From positions 13,752-77,751 of the forward strand of contig CAKOPK010000004.1 in NCBI GenBank assembly GCA_934099115.1: a stretch of 64,000 nt of DNA, read 5' to 3'. Shown piece after piece: positions 36,971 to 47,063 of this stretch. The stretch is from an uncultured Bacilli bacterium (GTDB lineage Bacteria; Bacillota_I; Bacilli_A; RF39; UBA660). Below the pieces are notes generated by a model. It ran no database searches. It saw only the letters and a program-made list of their open reading frames with translations, and had not been told where the DNA came from. The first letter of the stretch is position 1. Every line of letters starts with the position of its first letter. Position numbers and translations under genes: made by a program.

Positions 36971-36999
36971 TTTCACCAGTTTTTAAAAAACTGGTGAAA
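36971..36999 (-). terminator. Palindromic hairpin downstream of the 515-aa gene
   Basis: TTTCACCAGTTTTT/AAAAAACTGGTGAAA is a near-perfect palindrome 30 nt past the stop codon. Confidence 0.45.
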
Positions 37000-37028
37000 A
37001 TAAATGTTTTTTACTCAAAAAAAGAAGC

Positions 37029-38576
37029 CTATCTTCCATAGTTGCTTCTTTTAATATATTTAGAAATATTTACTTTTACTTCTATTCCCTTTTTTGCAAA
37101 TAAATCATCTAATAAATCTACAAATTTATCGTTTGATATTACCATTTCCCAAATAGGTTTTGTATTAATAAAATCTTTAAGTTCCCATGTTTCTTTTTTC
37201 TTATTATAGTGATTTACTTTTATATTTCTTCCTGTTGTATAAAAGCGAATATAATCTTTAAAGAATTCTACTTGGTCATGGACTACACTGGTACGCATAT
37301 TCCAACTAAAGTTTTTATTTATTTCACCATTTAAAGCTTCTTCTAATTTAGTTTCATAAAATTCTATTTGTTCTATTATATAATTGATAGAATATGGAGA
37401 ACCTTGATGTTCCTTTAACTCTTTTAAAGAACGATTTAATACCCTTAAGTATTCTTTATAAATATTTTTGGCATGAACATATCTTGTTTTTACACCATAC
37501 TTATTTAAGTATTCATCAGTTAGAAAATAATCTAAGTTAGATAAACCATTAAAACAAAGGTTAGCATATACCTTAAATAACATTAAAAAAGTATCGCGCA
37601 TTTTAAAAGTGTCTTTATTATCAAGTTCTTTACCTTCTTCTATTTTCTTTAATAAATCTAATAAATATTTGCTAATGATAGAGTTATAACGAAGGGGTTC
37701 TTCTAATTGTAAAGAATTTACTAAATAATTTATTTTATCGTCGTAACTTAATTCTTGAAAGTTTGCATTTTCTATTAATTCTCCAGTGATATCTACATTA
37801 AATAAGTCTAATTTGATTAGATGATGGTACTTTTCTTCAATTTCTTGAAAATACTTTCTTATTTTTCTTTCTACTTCATCAGGAGCTAATTTAAAAGAAA
37901 TAGAACGACTACTAATCTCTAGTTGGATTAAATGTAAAAGATATTCAAAGGTACACTCTTCTAAAGTTAAGTCTTTATATCCTAGTACATCACGTAGAGT
38001 TTCAGGATTATTTGTGGCACAAGTAACACGATAGATGTATATAAAACCTGCGTGTAATAAATCGGCAAAATTTATTTTTTCTTTTACATTTTTAGGGGTT
38101 AAAGTAATAAATGCATATTCACTCATGCCCTTTTTTAATAAATATCTATTGCTTGCTAGTACCATAAAGGTAAGCTTTTCTAACCATTCGATATCAAAGA
38201 TAGCTTTATATTCTGTCTTATCAATATATATCATATTTTTCTTTACAGTAAATGTTTTATGAGCTAATGCATCACGAATTAGTTTAAATTGTTCTTTATA
38301 GTTTAGAGTTGAATTGGTATGTATTCCTTTACCATAAGTTAAGATTTGATTGTTTTCTAAAAGAAGTGGTTTCATTAAGAAAGCATCTTCTAAATATTTT
38401 TCTGGTATATCATTTCCTAAATATTCAATATTATTTCCATAAAAAGTTATTAACAACCAAAGTTTTATCTCTGGAATACAATTTTTTACTACTAAAAAGT
38501 TTTCTAGTCTTTCATTTTCTAAATATTTAATTAAAGAACGTACTCCTAAAGCAGCTTTATCTATACCTAAATCCAT
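37029..38576 (-). CDS. Hypothetical protein with two R-x4-H motifs (candidate dual-HEPN RNase)
   Basis: 515-aa ORF. LIRDALAHKTF lies at residues 99-109 (DNA 38259-38276 for R..H) and NMRTSVVHDQ at residues 426-435 (DNA 37278-37295). It starts 5 nt after the trmB stop, using AAGGAG within the end of trmB. Confidence 0.35.
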   Translation of the reverse strand: MDLGIDKAALGVRSLIKYLENERLENFLVVKNCIPEIKLWLLITFYGNNIEYLGNDIPEKYLEDAFLMKPLLLENNQILTYGKGIHTNSTLNYKEQFKLIRDALAHKTFTVKKNMIYIDKTEYKAIFDIEWLEKLTFMVLASNRYLLKKGMSEYAFITLTPKNVKEKINFADLLHAGFIYIYRVTCATNNPETLRDVLGYKDLTLEECTFEYLLHLIQLEISSRSISFKLAPDEVERKIRKYFQEIEEKYHHLIKLDLFNVDITGELIENANFQELSYDDKINYLVNSLQLEEPLRYNSIISKYLLDLLKKIEEGKELDNKDTFKMRDTFLMLFKVYANLCFNGLSNLDYFLTDEYLNKYGVKTRYVHAKNIYKEYLRVLNRSLKELKEHQGSPYSINYIIEQIEFYETKLEEALNGEINKNFSWNMRTSVVHDQVEFFKDYIRFYTTGRNIKVNHYNKKKETWELKDFINTKPIWEMVISNDKFVDLLDDLFAKKGIEVKVNISKYIKRSNYGR

Positions 38577-38578
38577 AA

Positions 38579-39232
38579 TTACTCCTTCGTTGCAACTAAA
38601 TAATTTATTTTTACTCCCATGTCACGAAATTTTCTTTCATATTCTGTTGTAACGTTAGGAATATCTGTATTTGCTAAATCTAATGATACTTCTTTTAAGA
38701 TATAGCCATTTTCACTTAGACTAACTAGTGAACTTGCAAACAAACCAATATTATCTGTTTTCATAATTATCTTTTTAGGGCCTTTAAATAAATCATTATA
38801 TAAGTTTAGAAAAACTTCACTGGTAAGTCTACGGTCTTTCGTTCTTTTTTTAGGCCATGGGTCACTAAAATTTAAATATATTGTAGATATTTCTTTATTA
38901 AATACTTCTGTTATATTTTTAGCATCCATATTGATAATATATAAATTATTTAAAGCTTGAGGGTATTTTTTTATAGCACGGGCTAGGACTCCAGTATATT
39001 TCTCAATACCTATAAAATTAATATCTGGATGAAGAAGTGCCATATTATAAATAAAATCTCCTTTGCCCATTCCAATTTCTACATGAATATCATTATCATT
39101 TTTAAATACTTTTTGCCAGTTACCTTTATTTTCTTTAGCATCTTTTATTAAATAAGTACAATTATCTAGTAAAATATCTTTATCTTTTAAATTTCTAAGT
39201 CTCATAAAATCACAACTTTCTATCTTTATCAT
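38579..39232 (-). CDS. trmB: tRNA (guanine46-N7)-methyltransferase
   Basis: SAM-binding EIGMGKGDF, GIEKY and FSDPWPKKRTKDRRL motifs. The true start may be the MRLRN codon at 39205. Confidence 0.88.
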   Translation of the reverse strand: MIKIESCDFMRLRNLKDKDILLDNCTYLIKDAKENKGNWQKVFKNDNDIHVEIGMGKGDFIYNMALLHPDINFIGIEKYTGVLARAIKKYPQALNNLYIINMDAKNITEVFNKEISTIYLNFSDPWPKKRTKDRRLTSEVFLNLYNDLFKGPKKIIMKTDNIGLFASSLVSLSENGYILKEVSLDLANTDIPNVTTEYERKFRDMGVKINYLVATKE

Positions 39233-39257
39233 ATATTATATTGAAAGGAACGAAAAA

Positions 39258-39596
39258 ATGAAAAAAGAGCGTAATACTTTTTTTGGGGAGTCTAGTTTTA
39301 TGAATCAAACAGTATATCCCCAAACAGGTCTAAATATTGCTAATCAACCATTTCAAGCGACTAGTTATTCTAATCAAGGTTTCTATGCAGGAGCTCCTTT
39401 ACAACAAGGAAATTATACCACACAAATGCCTTCAAACACAAATACAAACATGACAAATTATGATTATAGTGAAATAGATGCTCGTATTTCTAAGATAGAA
39501 AGGCAAATAAGTAGATTAGATGCTCGTGTTAGTAAATTAGAAAATAGTACTTTCTATACTGAAGAAACTAATAACAATAATATTTATATGGTCTAA
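39258..39596 (+). CDS. Q/N/T-rich small protein with a C-terminal coiled coil
   Basis: 112 aa. The N-terminal half is low-complexity, followed by IDARISKIERQISRLDARVSKLENS. Confidence 0.45.
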   Translation: MKKERNTFFGESSFMNQTVYPQTGLNIANQPFQATSYSNQGFYAGAPLQQGNYTTQMPSNTNTNMTNYDYSEIDARISKIERQISRLDARVSKLENSTFYTEETNNNNIYMV

Positions 39597-41237
39597 TTAG
39601 GCCTCTTTTTTATGCTTTAATTTATTTTTAATTTTATTTAAGAAATCATCACCAAATATATGATTAATTAAACCCATTTTATAGGATATTATAAAATAGA
39701 TTAGTGCTCCAATTATAGATACTACTAAAACATATAATATGCAGGTTATACGACTTGTAAAATTAACAGGAATAAATGCTTTAATAATGAGTACTGCTAA
39801 TGTCATAACAATTAAAGGAATACTTATATCTAACATAGTTTTTAATATTCCTTTATAGTTAAATTTTAATAGTTTTTTTAGTATAATCATGGCTATTATA
39901 ACTGTAGATGAAAAGCCAAGAATAGTTGCAAATGTTGCTCCCCAATAAGATGGTAGCCCTATTAAATCAAATAAAAGCATACATGGAACATCTAGAATTG
40001 TATTTAGTAAAATACCAAATATAGCACTTATATATACATAACGATATTTATTTACACTTTGTAATGTATAATTAGAGATTGTAAATAAATTAGAAAATAA
40101 AGGAGAAAAAATACAAAATGCTAGAATCGTTGAGCCTAAAGGATTATAGCCATAAAATATTGTCCATATTGGAGTTGCTAATAAAGATATACCAATACAC
40201 ATAGGTGTAGTTATAAAGAAAGTTAATTCTAAAGCTTGATTAAATTTACGGTTTACTTCTTGATTATTATTTAAAGTATATGCTTCTACCATGCTTGTTA
40301 CTAAACTTGGGGCTAAACCTAAACCTATAGAAGTAATAATAATACTTATTTTTGAAGCCCATGTACTTATAGCAGTACTAATAAATTCTACATCCTTAGC
40401 AACGTATCCTAAATTATCCATGGTTCGCAATATTAAAATCATGTCAACATTATTATAGATTGATAAAGCAATGCTTATAATTACAGTTGGTATCGCATAT
40501 TTTAAGATTTTTTTAATAATTTCTTTATTTGTAATTTTATCTTTGGTAGTAAATTCTTCATTTAAACGAAAGCCTTGTTCATGTTTTTTTAACTTTGTTC
40601 GAACATAGATGTAGGCTGCTAAACCACCAACAAAGGCTCCAAAGACTGCTATACCTACAGATGCTGTAATATTTAAATGAAGAATTTTAAGGGCAATATA
40701 ACTTCCTACAACTATGAATAAAACTCTAACGAATTGCTCTATTACTTGAGAAAAGCTAGATACAGAGATAACACGGTGGCCTTGAAAAAATCCTCTTGTT
40801 ACGCTTAAAAAAGGAAATATTAATAAGGCAAAAGAAACACAACGAATTACAAAAGCAACATCAGCAATAGAATTTCCTCCAGATAAATCCCCTAATATTA
40901 AGTGAGCTAATTCTGGAGCAAAGAAAAACATTATAATAAAAGCTAATATAGAAATGAACATTAAAATATTTTTTCCTAGTTTAAAAGTTCTTACTTTTGC
41001 TTCTTGTTTATTTAAAGTATTTAACTCATTGATTAATTTTCCTACTGCATTTGGTATGCCTGCAGTAGATATTTCTAAGAATAATCCATATATATTATAA
41101 GCATAAGCATATAGGGCTGCTCCTTGTGAACCTACTATAGCATAAAATGGAATAACATAAACCATTCCTAATATTTTAACTAAGAAAATAGAAAAAGTTG
41201 CTATAAGTGTTCCCTCTATAAATGAATTTTTTTTCAA
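39597..41237 (-). CDS. MOP-superfamily flippase (SpoVB/YtgP/MurJ-like polysaccharide biosynthesis protein)
   Basis: 546 aa with about 14 TM helices. N-terminus FIEGTLIATFSIFLVKILGMVYVIPFYAIVG...GIPNAVGKLI is typical of the family. Confidence 0.75.
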   Translation of the reverse strand: MKKNSFIEGTLIATFSIFLVKILGMVYVIPFYAIVGSQGAALYAYAYNIYGLFLEISTAGIPNAVGKLINELNTLNKQEAKVRTFKLGKNILMFISILAFIIMFFFAPELAHLILGDLSGGNSIADVAFVIRCVSFALLIFPFLSVTRGFFQGHRVISVSSFSQVIEQFVRVLFIVVGSYIALKILHLNITASVGIAVFGAFVGGLAAYIYVRTKLKKHEQGFRLNEEFTTKDKITNKEIIKKILKYAIPTVIISIALSIYNNVDMILILRTMDNLGYVAKDVEFISTAISTWASKISIIITSIGLGLAPSLVTSMVEAYTLNNNQEVNRKFNQALELTFFITTPMCIGISLLATPIWTIFYGYNPLGSTILAFCIFSPLFSNLFTISNYTLQSVNKYRYVYISAIFGILLNTILDVPCMLLFDLIGLPSYWGATFATILGFSSTVIIAMIILKKLLKFNYKGILKTMLDISIPLIVMTLAVLIIKAFIPVNFTSRITCILYVLVVSIIGALIYFIISYKMGLINHIFGDDFLNKIKNKLKHKKEA

Positions 41238-41250
41238 ATAACTTCACCTC

Positions 41251-41418
41251 TTATGTATAAATAATCATAGCTGTAAAACAATAGATTTGTTCTTCTCCAA
41301 ACATTGTAATAGCAGTTTGAAATTTAATATCTATTACCTCTCCTTCTATAGTACTCAGAAATGCATTTACAGATGCTTCTAAATCTTTTTCATGAGATTC
41401 ATCAATAATTTTAACTTT
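41251..41418 (-). CDS. cse60: Sporulation protein Cse60-like
   Basis: MKVKIIDESHEKDLEASVNAFL...IDIKFQ...QIYCFTAMIIY matches my memory of the short Cse60 family. The start is set at the ATG after GGTG. Confidence 0.55.
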   Translation of the reverse strand, partial: KVKIIDESHEKDLEASVNAFLSTIEGEVIDIKFQTAITMFGEEQIYCFTAMIIYT

Positions 41419-41513
41419 CATATTATTCACCAAAATTAGAATAGCATAAATGAAAGAAAATATTTGTCGAATAAAATAATAAATTTTAAATCTCTTTCAT
41501 TTTATCACAAATT

Positions 41514-41542
41514 AAAATAAGTGTACAGTTAACACTTATTTT
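41514..41542 (-). terminator. Terminator downstream of the 76-aa gene
   Basis: 11-bp stem AAAATAAGTGT / ACACTTATTTT with a 7-nt loop. Confidence 0.55.
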
Positions 41543-41561
41543 AAAGTATATAATATGTCAA

Positions 41562-41792
41562 TTAATAGCCATATGGTCCTGGTACATAACCCCCATAAGA
41601 ATAATAAGCGTAAGGGTATCCAGGAGAATACATAGGTCTATTTTGATATCCTGGTGCTACATTATAAATTGGTCTAGGTCGTGTAAGACCAATAGCTGCT
41701 CCTCCCACTAATGCTCCAGTTAAGAATGGTACTATTACTTGTCTATCTCCTGTTGGATATACATAGGATATATTTTGATACATAAAACTCAC
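41562..41792 (-). CDS. Tyr/Gly/Pro-rich small protein with one hydrophobic segment
   Basis: 76 aa with C-terminus PGYQNRPMYSPGYPYAYYSYGGYVPGPYGY. GAGGTG RBS. Confidence 0.4.
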   Translation of the reverse strand: MSFMYQNISYVYPTGDRQVIVPFLTGALVGGAAIGLTRPRPIYNVAPGYQNRPMYSPGYPYAYYSYGGYVPGPYGY

Positions 41793-41855
41793 CTCTTGTT
41801 AGTAATGTATGTGAAATAATAAAAAAGAAAAAGGACATTAACCCAGAAAAAAAGA

Positions 41856-43082
41856 CTATTTTATAAGTCCTAAGTAATAGTTTTTCTTTCCTTTTTTGAT
41901 AATCATAACTTTGTTATCAATTAAATCTTCTTCTTTTATTTTATATTCTAAATTATCTATTTTTTTATTATTAATACGAATAGCATTTGCATTTACAAAT
42001 TCTCTTGCTTCTCTTTTACTTGTGCATATTTTACTATCTGTTAAGAAATCAATAATATTTGCTCCTAAAGATATATCTACTGTTGGTACTCCTTTTAAAG
42101 AATTAATAATATCTGTACTAGATAAAGATGTAACATTTTCGTTAAATAAAGATTCACTTATTTTTAAGGCTTTTTCATATTCTTCATGGCCATGTAAGAA
42201 GGTTATTACTTCTTCTGCTAGTTTCTTATGAGCTACTCTAAGTTCTGGTTGTTCTTTATGGATTTTTTCAGTTTCTTCTATTTCTTCTTTACTTAAGAAA
42301 GTTAATTTTTTTAGATAATCAATAACCATTTCATCTTCAGTATTAATAAAGAATTGATACATTTCATAAGCACTAGTTTTATTAATATCTAACCAAATAG
42401 CATTTCCTTCACTTTTACCAAATTTTGTACCATCTTTCTTTGTGATTAGAGGCATTGTAAAGCCATAAGCTTCTTCTCCTGTTTTTTTACGGATTAAATC
42501 AATACCAGCGGTTATATTTCCCCATTGGTCTTGACCCGCTACTTGCATTTTACAGTTTTTATTTTGATATAACCATAAATAATCTAAAGATTGCATAATC
42601 ATATAAGAAAACTCTGTATATGTAATACCTGCATCTAGTCTTCTTCTTATAATGTCTTTATCAAGCATATAATTGATAGAAAAATATTTGCCATAATCCC
42701 TTAAATAATCAATAAAGTTTATATCTTTACTCCAATCATAATTATTTACTATTTCAAAACCAAAGATTTTTTTTACTTGATTGGTTAGGGCTTCTACATT
42801 ATGATTTACAGCCTCTTTTGTAATCATTGGCCTTTCTGTTGTTGGCTTTGGATCTCCGATTTGACCGGTAGCACCTCCAATTAATAAAATGGGATGGTGT
42901 CCTGCTCTTTTTAGTCTAGTAGCCATTAAAAATGATGAAAAATGACCAATATGTAGGGAATCCCCTGTAGGGTCTGTTCCTATATAAAAAGTAACTCCTC
43001 CATTATTTAATAGTTCTTCTATTTTAGGACTAGAAATATCTTTAATTAGTCCTCTCCATTTTAAATCTTCAAAAAATGTCAT
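41856..43082 (-). CDS. tyrS: Tyrosine--tRNA ligase
   Basis: HIGH motif (SLHIGHF), KMSKS-type KFGKSEG and a C-terminal S4-like domain. Length 408 aa. Confidence 0.92.
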   Translation of the reverse strand: MTFFEDLKWRGLIKDISSPKIEELLNNGGVTFYIGTDPTGDSLHIGHFSSFLMATRLKRAGHHPILLIGGATGQIGDPKPTTERPMITKEAVNHNVEALTNQVKKIFGFEIVNNYDWSKDINFIDYLRDYGKYFSINYMLDKDIIRRRLDAGITYTEFSYMIMQSLDYLWLYQNKNCKMQVAGQDQWGNITAGIDLIRKKTGEEAYGFTMPLITKKDGTKFGKSEGNAIWLDINKTSAYEMYQFFINTEDEMVIDYLKKLTFLSKEEIEETEKIHKEQPELRVAHKKLAEEVITFLHGHEEYEKALKISESLFNENVTSLSSTDIINSLKGVPTVDISLGANIIDFLTDSKICTSKREAREFVNANAIRINNKKIDNLEYKIKEEDLIDNKVMIIKKGKKNYYLGLIK

Positions 43083-44287
43083 ACAATATCCTCCTGTATA
43101 AAATTTCCTTCTTTCATTATAACGACTTCTTTACCATTTTTCAAGACTGCTTTTACTTCTAAATCACTTGTTCCGATAAAAAAGTCTACATGAGTATGAG
43201 AATAATTAATACCACTTTCTAATAATTCTTCCTTCGTTTTTTCTAAGCCACTTTCAATGCACTCGCTAAAACCTGCTCCTATCGCTAAGTGACATGATGC
43301 ATTTTCGTCATATAAAGTGTTCTTAAAAATAATACCGGTTTTAGATATAGTGGAAGAATAATCAACTAAAGCACATTCTCCTAGATAATGAGAGCCTTCA
43401 TCTGTTTCAATAATTCCCTTTAAAATATCATATCCTTTTTTAGCACTATAATCTATAATTCTTCCATCTTTAAAAATTATACTAAAATCTGCTATCGCTT
43501 CATTATTATGAATTAATACTTTGGATGATTTTACAATTCCATTAACGCGTAGACGATCTGGAGATGCAAAAACTTCTAGAGTTGGCATATTCACTAGATT
43601 ATTGCCCTCTGCACTTTGAAATATATAATCTTTTGGGAGACCAATTTCTAAGTCTGTGCCTAAACTATTATGATAAATTAGTTTATCTATGGATAATCTA
43701 TTTAAATAATTTGCTCTTTCTTTAAGAGTATTTATTTGTTTTTCCCAAGCAAGAATTGGATTTTCTTCATTAATTAAACAAATATCAAATATATAATTCC
43801 ATAACTTAGTAGTATCACTATTTCCAAACAAATCATAAGCCCATAGATTATTTGGTACTGCAGAAATATTCCATTTTATCGTTCCTTTATTTTGGTAATC
43901 ACGATAAATAGAGATTGATTTCATTTGATAGGCGTTTACTTTACTTAATATTTCTTTATCTACATCTTGATAGAAATTAGGTAATGTTGAAGTTAAAATC
44001 ATGAAAGAATAACCTTCTAGAGCCATTTTATTATATTTTGTAATATCTATAAGCGGACTTTTTATAATCTCGTCATATGATTTCGTCATGTATAGTTCTT
44101 TTAGACTATCCGGTTCACTTATTAAAGTTTCAATTTCTGTTATTCCTATCTTTTGAGCTTCTTCAATTGCTATATCAATAAAGTCTTTTATAAAATCTAT
44201 TCCAACAATGAATAGTTTATCTTCCTTTTTTAATTTTAAACATCCCTCAAGGATAAACTTTGCATATTTTCTTTTATTATCTTCCAT
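43079..44287 (-). CDS. Aminopeptidase, M29 (AmpS/PepS) family
   Basis: 402 aa. The C-terminal region ...ENASCHLAIGAGF...HVDFFIG is typical of M29 thermophilic aminopeptidases. 4-nt overlap with tyrS. Confidence 0.7.
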   Translation of the reverse strand: MEDNKRKYAKFILEGCLKLKKEDKLFIVGIDFIKDFIDIAIEEAQKIGITEIETLISEPDSLKELYMTKSYDEIIKSPLIDITKYNKMALEGYSFMILTSTLPNFYQDVDKEILSKVNAYQMKSISIYRDYQNKGTIKWNISAVPNNLWAYDLFGNSDTTKLWNYIFDICLINEENPILAWEKQINTLKERANYLNRLSIDKLIYHNSLGTDLEIGLPKDYIFQSAEGNNLVNMPTLEVFASPDRLRVNGIVKSSKVLIHNNEAIADFSIIFKDGRIIDYSAKKGYDILKGIIETDEGSHYLGECALVDYSSTISKTGIIFKNTLYDENASCHLAIGAGFSECIESGLEKTKEELLESGINYSHTHVDFFIGTSDLEVKAVLKNGKEVVIMKEGNFIQEDIV

Positions 44288-44343
44288 TTTATTTCCTTTC
44301 TAAAAACAAAAAGTTCAATAGTATGAACTAACGAACTTTTTTA

Positions 44344-46230
44344 TTATCTATAATAACTATCTACAATCTCATAATCTCTATAAGAATTAGATTTCGATGC
44401 TTTATCATCAACACATTGGTCTAAATCTGTATATTCAATGTCAAAGTATAATGGAACAAAGTATACATAATAATTTGATGAAGTATAGAATTTGTCTGCT
44501 GTAATAGATAATAAACTGTATAAATTATTTCTTACTGTAAAATAATGTTCTTTTCCACTAGAATAATTATATGTAACATTTGTAGAGAAATTATTTGATT
44601 TTAAAGAATATCTCTTTAAGTTACTACCACTTCCAGCATCAACACTATTGCCAGATGCATTTATCATAATAATAGGTTTATTATAGCTCTTCCAATAATT
44701 GTATGCTCTATTGTAATCATTATTACTTAGAGTTCCATAATCTACTACTTTTACGTGATTTATATTGGAATTTGTATATCTTAATGTGTAATTAAAGTGG
44801 AATGAAGATGATGAGCCAATATCTGATTTTCCAACATACCCTGTTGAATAGATTCTATCACTTTCTATCTTACAATAAGTATGATACTGTTCTCTATCTT
44901 TTTCCCAATTAGCCACTAGTGTAATACTTTGATATACTCTTTTGTTAAAGTTATATTCATTACCATTATAGTACCAGCCTAAGAACGTATACCCATTTCT
45001 TGTTGGATTACTTGGTTTACTTGCCCTATTACCATCTTTTACAGTTTGAGTACGGACACTAGTACCCCCATTAGAATCAAAATATACTTTATGAGTTTCT
45101 ACACAACTTCCATTGTCTTCCCATTTGGCATATAATGTTATATTTTGGTAAACACCATTATTAAAATTGTATTTCTTAGTTAGTGAACTATCTGTATACC
45201 AACCAACAAAATCATAACAAGCTTTTGTTGGATTTCCTGGCTGATTAGCACGAGCCCCTTCTGTTACAGTTTGGGATGGAACACTAGTGCCACCATTGGA
45301 ATCAAAACGTACTGTATATTTATTCTTTACAGGATTATTATTATCATTGTTATTATCATTTTGATTTTTCTTCCATTTGGCTATTAAAGTTATTTTTCTA
45401 GTTACTGGAGTATTAAAATCATATTCTTCACCATCTAAATACCAGCCTAAGAATGTATACCCATTTCTTGTTGTTGTTTTATATTCTGCTGTAGCTCCTT
45501 TTCTAACTGTTTGAGAACGGACACTAGTTCCTCCATTAGAATTAAAGCTAACCGTATAATAAGCGTTATTTAAGCAGTCATTTTTGCAATCACTGCCTGT
45601 GCAACTATTACAATTGGTAATATAATTAATATTATAATTATTATTTATTACTGTACTCTTACTTGGAGTGTATGCAGTATTTCCTTTTGTACTAGTATTA
45701 TTTTTAGTACTCGTAGTGTTTGTACTACTACTATTTGTATTACTGCTATTATTATCTTTTACTTCTACTACTGTTTTATTATTACAATCAGTACATTCTG
45801 TATTAATTGTAGTAACAATATAATCAGTCTTATCTTCACAACTTAAGAATACTTTTAAAGCATATTCATTATCTAAAGTTTTAGTTGCTTGAATATAAGA
45901 ATCGGTCATATTACAAGTTTTACCATTTGCATCTTGAAATTCTACTATTAAATTGCTAGACACCATTTCTTCTAAAGACATACGATTTGTTTTGCCTATT
46001 TTGTCTGGTAAATTGCTACCCTTAAAGTATTCAAATCCAGCTTCTTTCATTAAATTAATATTGTTAACAAATACAGAATCATTGCCTGCTACAGAACCAT
46101 TACTCTTATTTTTAGGGTAAACAAGAACAATAATGATTACTAGTATAGCAATTAAAACTGTAAGCCCTATCACTTTAAACCAACTAATCTTGTATTCTTT
46201 TTCCATATTATCTGTCATATCCTTTACCAC
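44344..46230 (-). CDS. Membrane-anchored surface protein with three Listeria-Bacteroides (Flg_new) repeats
   Basis: N-terminal TM. There are three copies of ...F(N/D)SNGGTSV..QTV..G......P.R.GYTFLGWY....EY(D/N)FN......ITL.A.W... Confidence 0.7.
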   Translation of the reverse strand: MVKDMTDNMEKEYKISWFKVIGLTVLIAILVIIIVLVYPKNKSNGSVAGNDSVFVNNINLMKEAGFEYFKGSNLPDKIGKTNRMSLEEMVSSNLIVEFQDANGKTCNMTDSYIQATKTLDNEYALKVFLSCEDKTDYIVTTINTECTDCNNKTVVEVKDNNSSNTNSSSTNTTSTKNNTSTKGNTAYTPSKSTVINNNYNINYITNCNSCTGSDCKNDCLNNAYYTVSFNSNGGTSVRSQTVRKGATAEYKTTTRNGYTFLGWYLDGEEYDFNTPVTRKITLIAKWKKNQNDNNNDNNNPVKNKYTVRFDSNGGTSVPSQTVTEGARANQPGNPTKACYDFVGWYTDSSLTKKYNFNNGVYQNITLYAKWEDNGSCVETHKVYFDSNGGTSVRTQTVKDGNRASKPSNPTRNGYTFLGWYYNGNEYNFNKRVYQSITLVANWEKDREQYHTYCKIESDRIYSTGYVGKSDIGSSSSFHFNYTLRYTNSNINHVKVVDYGTLSNNDYNRAYNYWKSYNKPIIMINASGNSVDAGSGSNLKRYSLKSNNFSTNVTYNYSSGKEHYFTVRNNLYSLLSITADKFYTSSNYYVYFVPLYFDIEYTDLDQCVDDKASKSNSYRDYEIVDSYYR

Positions 46231-46342
46231 CCTTACTTCCTATAAGAATAGTATATCTATTTATATAATTAAAGTCAAGAAAATAAGCCAAAAATGTATA
46301 AAAAAAAGGAAAAAATAGTTTGTTTCTTTTTCCTTTTATTTA

Positions 46343-46768
46343 TTATTTACTTTTTGCTTTTTTAGGCTCTTCGTTTTTTAATTTTGCTGTTGCAGCTTCT
46401 AAAGCTTTAATTGTGCTTTCTTTAACTTCACGAGCTGCTGCTTCAATTACTGGAGTGCCTTTCTTAACTGCATAGTCTACTAAATCATCAGCTTTTTTCT
46501 TGATTTTTTTAGCTTGGTCTTTAATAGCACTTGCTACTGTTTCTTTATCTAATTTTTTTAAATCTTCTTTGATTTCTTCTACTTTCTTTTCAATAGTAGC
46601 TTTTACATCTTCTGCTTTAATGTTTTTTGCTTTTTCTAATAAATCATCCATTTTTGCTTTTAAGTCTTTACGTAGTTCTTTACCACTTTTAGGAGCAAGT
46701 AACATTCCTACTGTTGCTCCAAGTCCAACTCCTACTAAAAATTTTCCAATTCCATTATTTTTACTCAT
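46343..46768 (-). CDS. YtxH domain protein
   Basis: GKFLVGVGLGATVGMLLAPKSGKELRKDLK followed by a K/E-rich helical region. Confidence 0.8.
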   Translation of the reverse strand: MSKNNGIGKFLVGVGLGATVGMLLAPKSGKELRKDLKAKMDDLLEKAKNIKAEDVKATIEKKVEEIKEDLKKLDKETVASAIKDQAKKIKKKADDLVDYAVKKGTPVIEAAAREVKESTIKALEAATAKLKNEEPKKAKSK

Positions 46769-47063
46769 TATTTTCTTCTTCCTTCCTTTTATCCTTATTT
46801 CTTTTTCTGAAAATCAATTTTGATGCAATACCTGATAAACCATCCACTACTCGGTCTGTTAAAGTAACTATTTTATCAGTAGTAAAATCTACAATGTGGA
46901 ATAATCCATTTAAAGATTCTACTTTTTCATTTACATCTTCTACCACTTTTTCCACCTTATTGATGGTAATAATTGATTTGATACCTAATATTATGCCAAT
47001 AACTAATATAATTATTAATAAAAGATAAATAATTATTGGCAAAAATGATAGCCAAAATTCCAT
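46761..47063 (-). CDS. DUF948-like membrane protein
   Basis: 100 aa with an N-terminal TM and then a helical segment. It is paired with a YtxH gene, as is common in Bacillota. Confidence 0.6.
   Translation of the reverse strand: MEFWLSFLPIIIYLLLIIILVIGIILGIKSIITINKVEKVVEDVNEKVESLNGLFHIVDFTTDKIVTLTDRVVDGLSGIASKLIFRKRNKDKRKEEENNE

Noticed and set aside
43083-44343. T-box leader upstream of tyrS
   Set aside because: tyrS overlaps the upstream aminopeptidase gene by 4 nt, and the spacer upstream of that gene is only about 55 nt. There is no room for a T-box.
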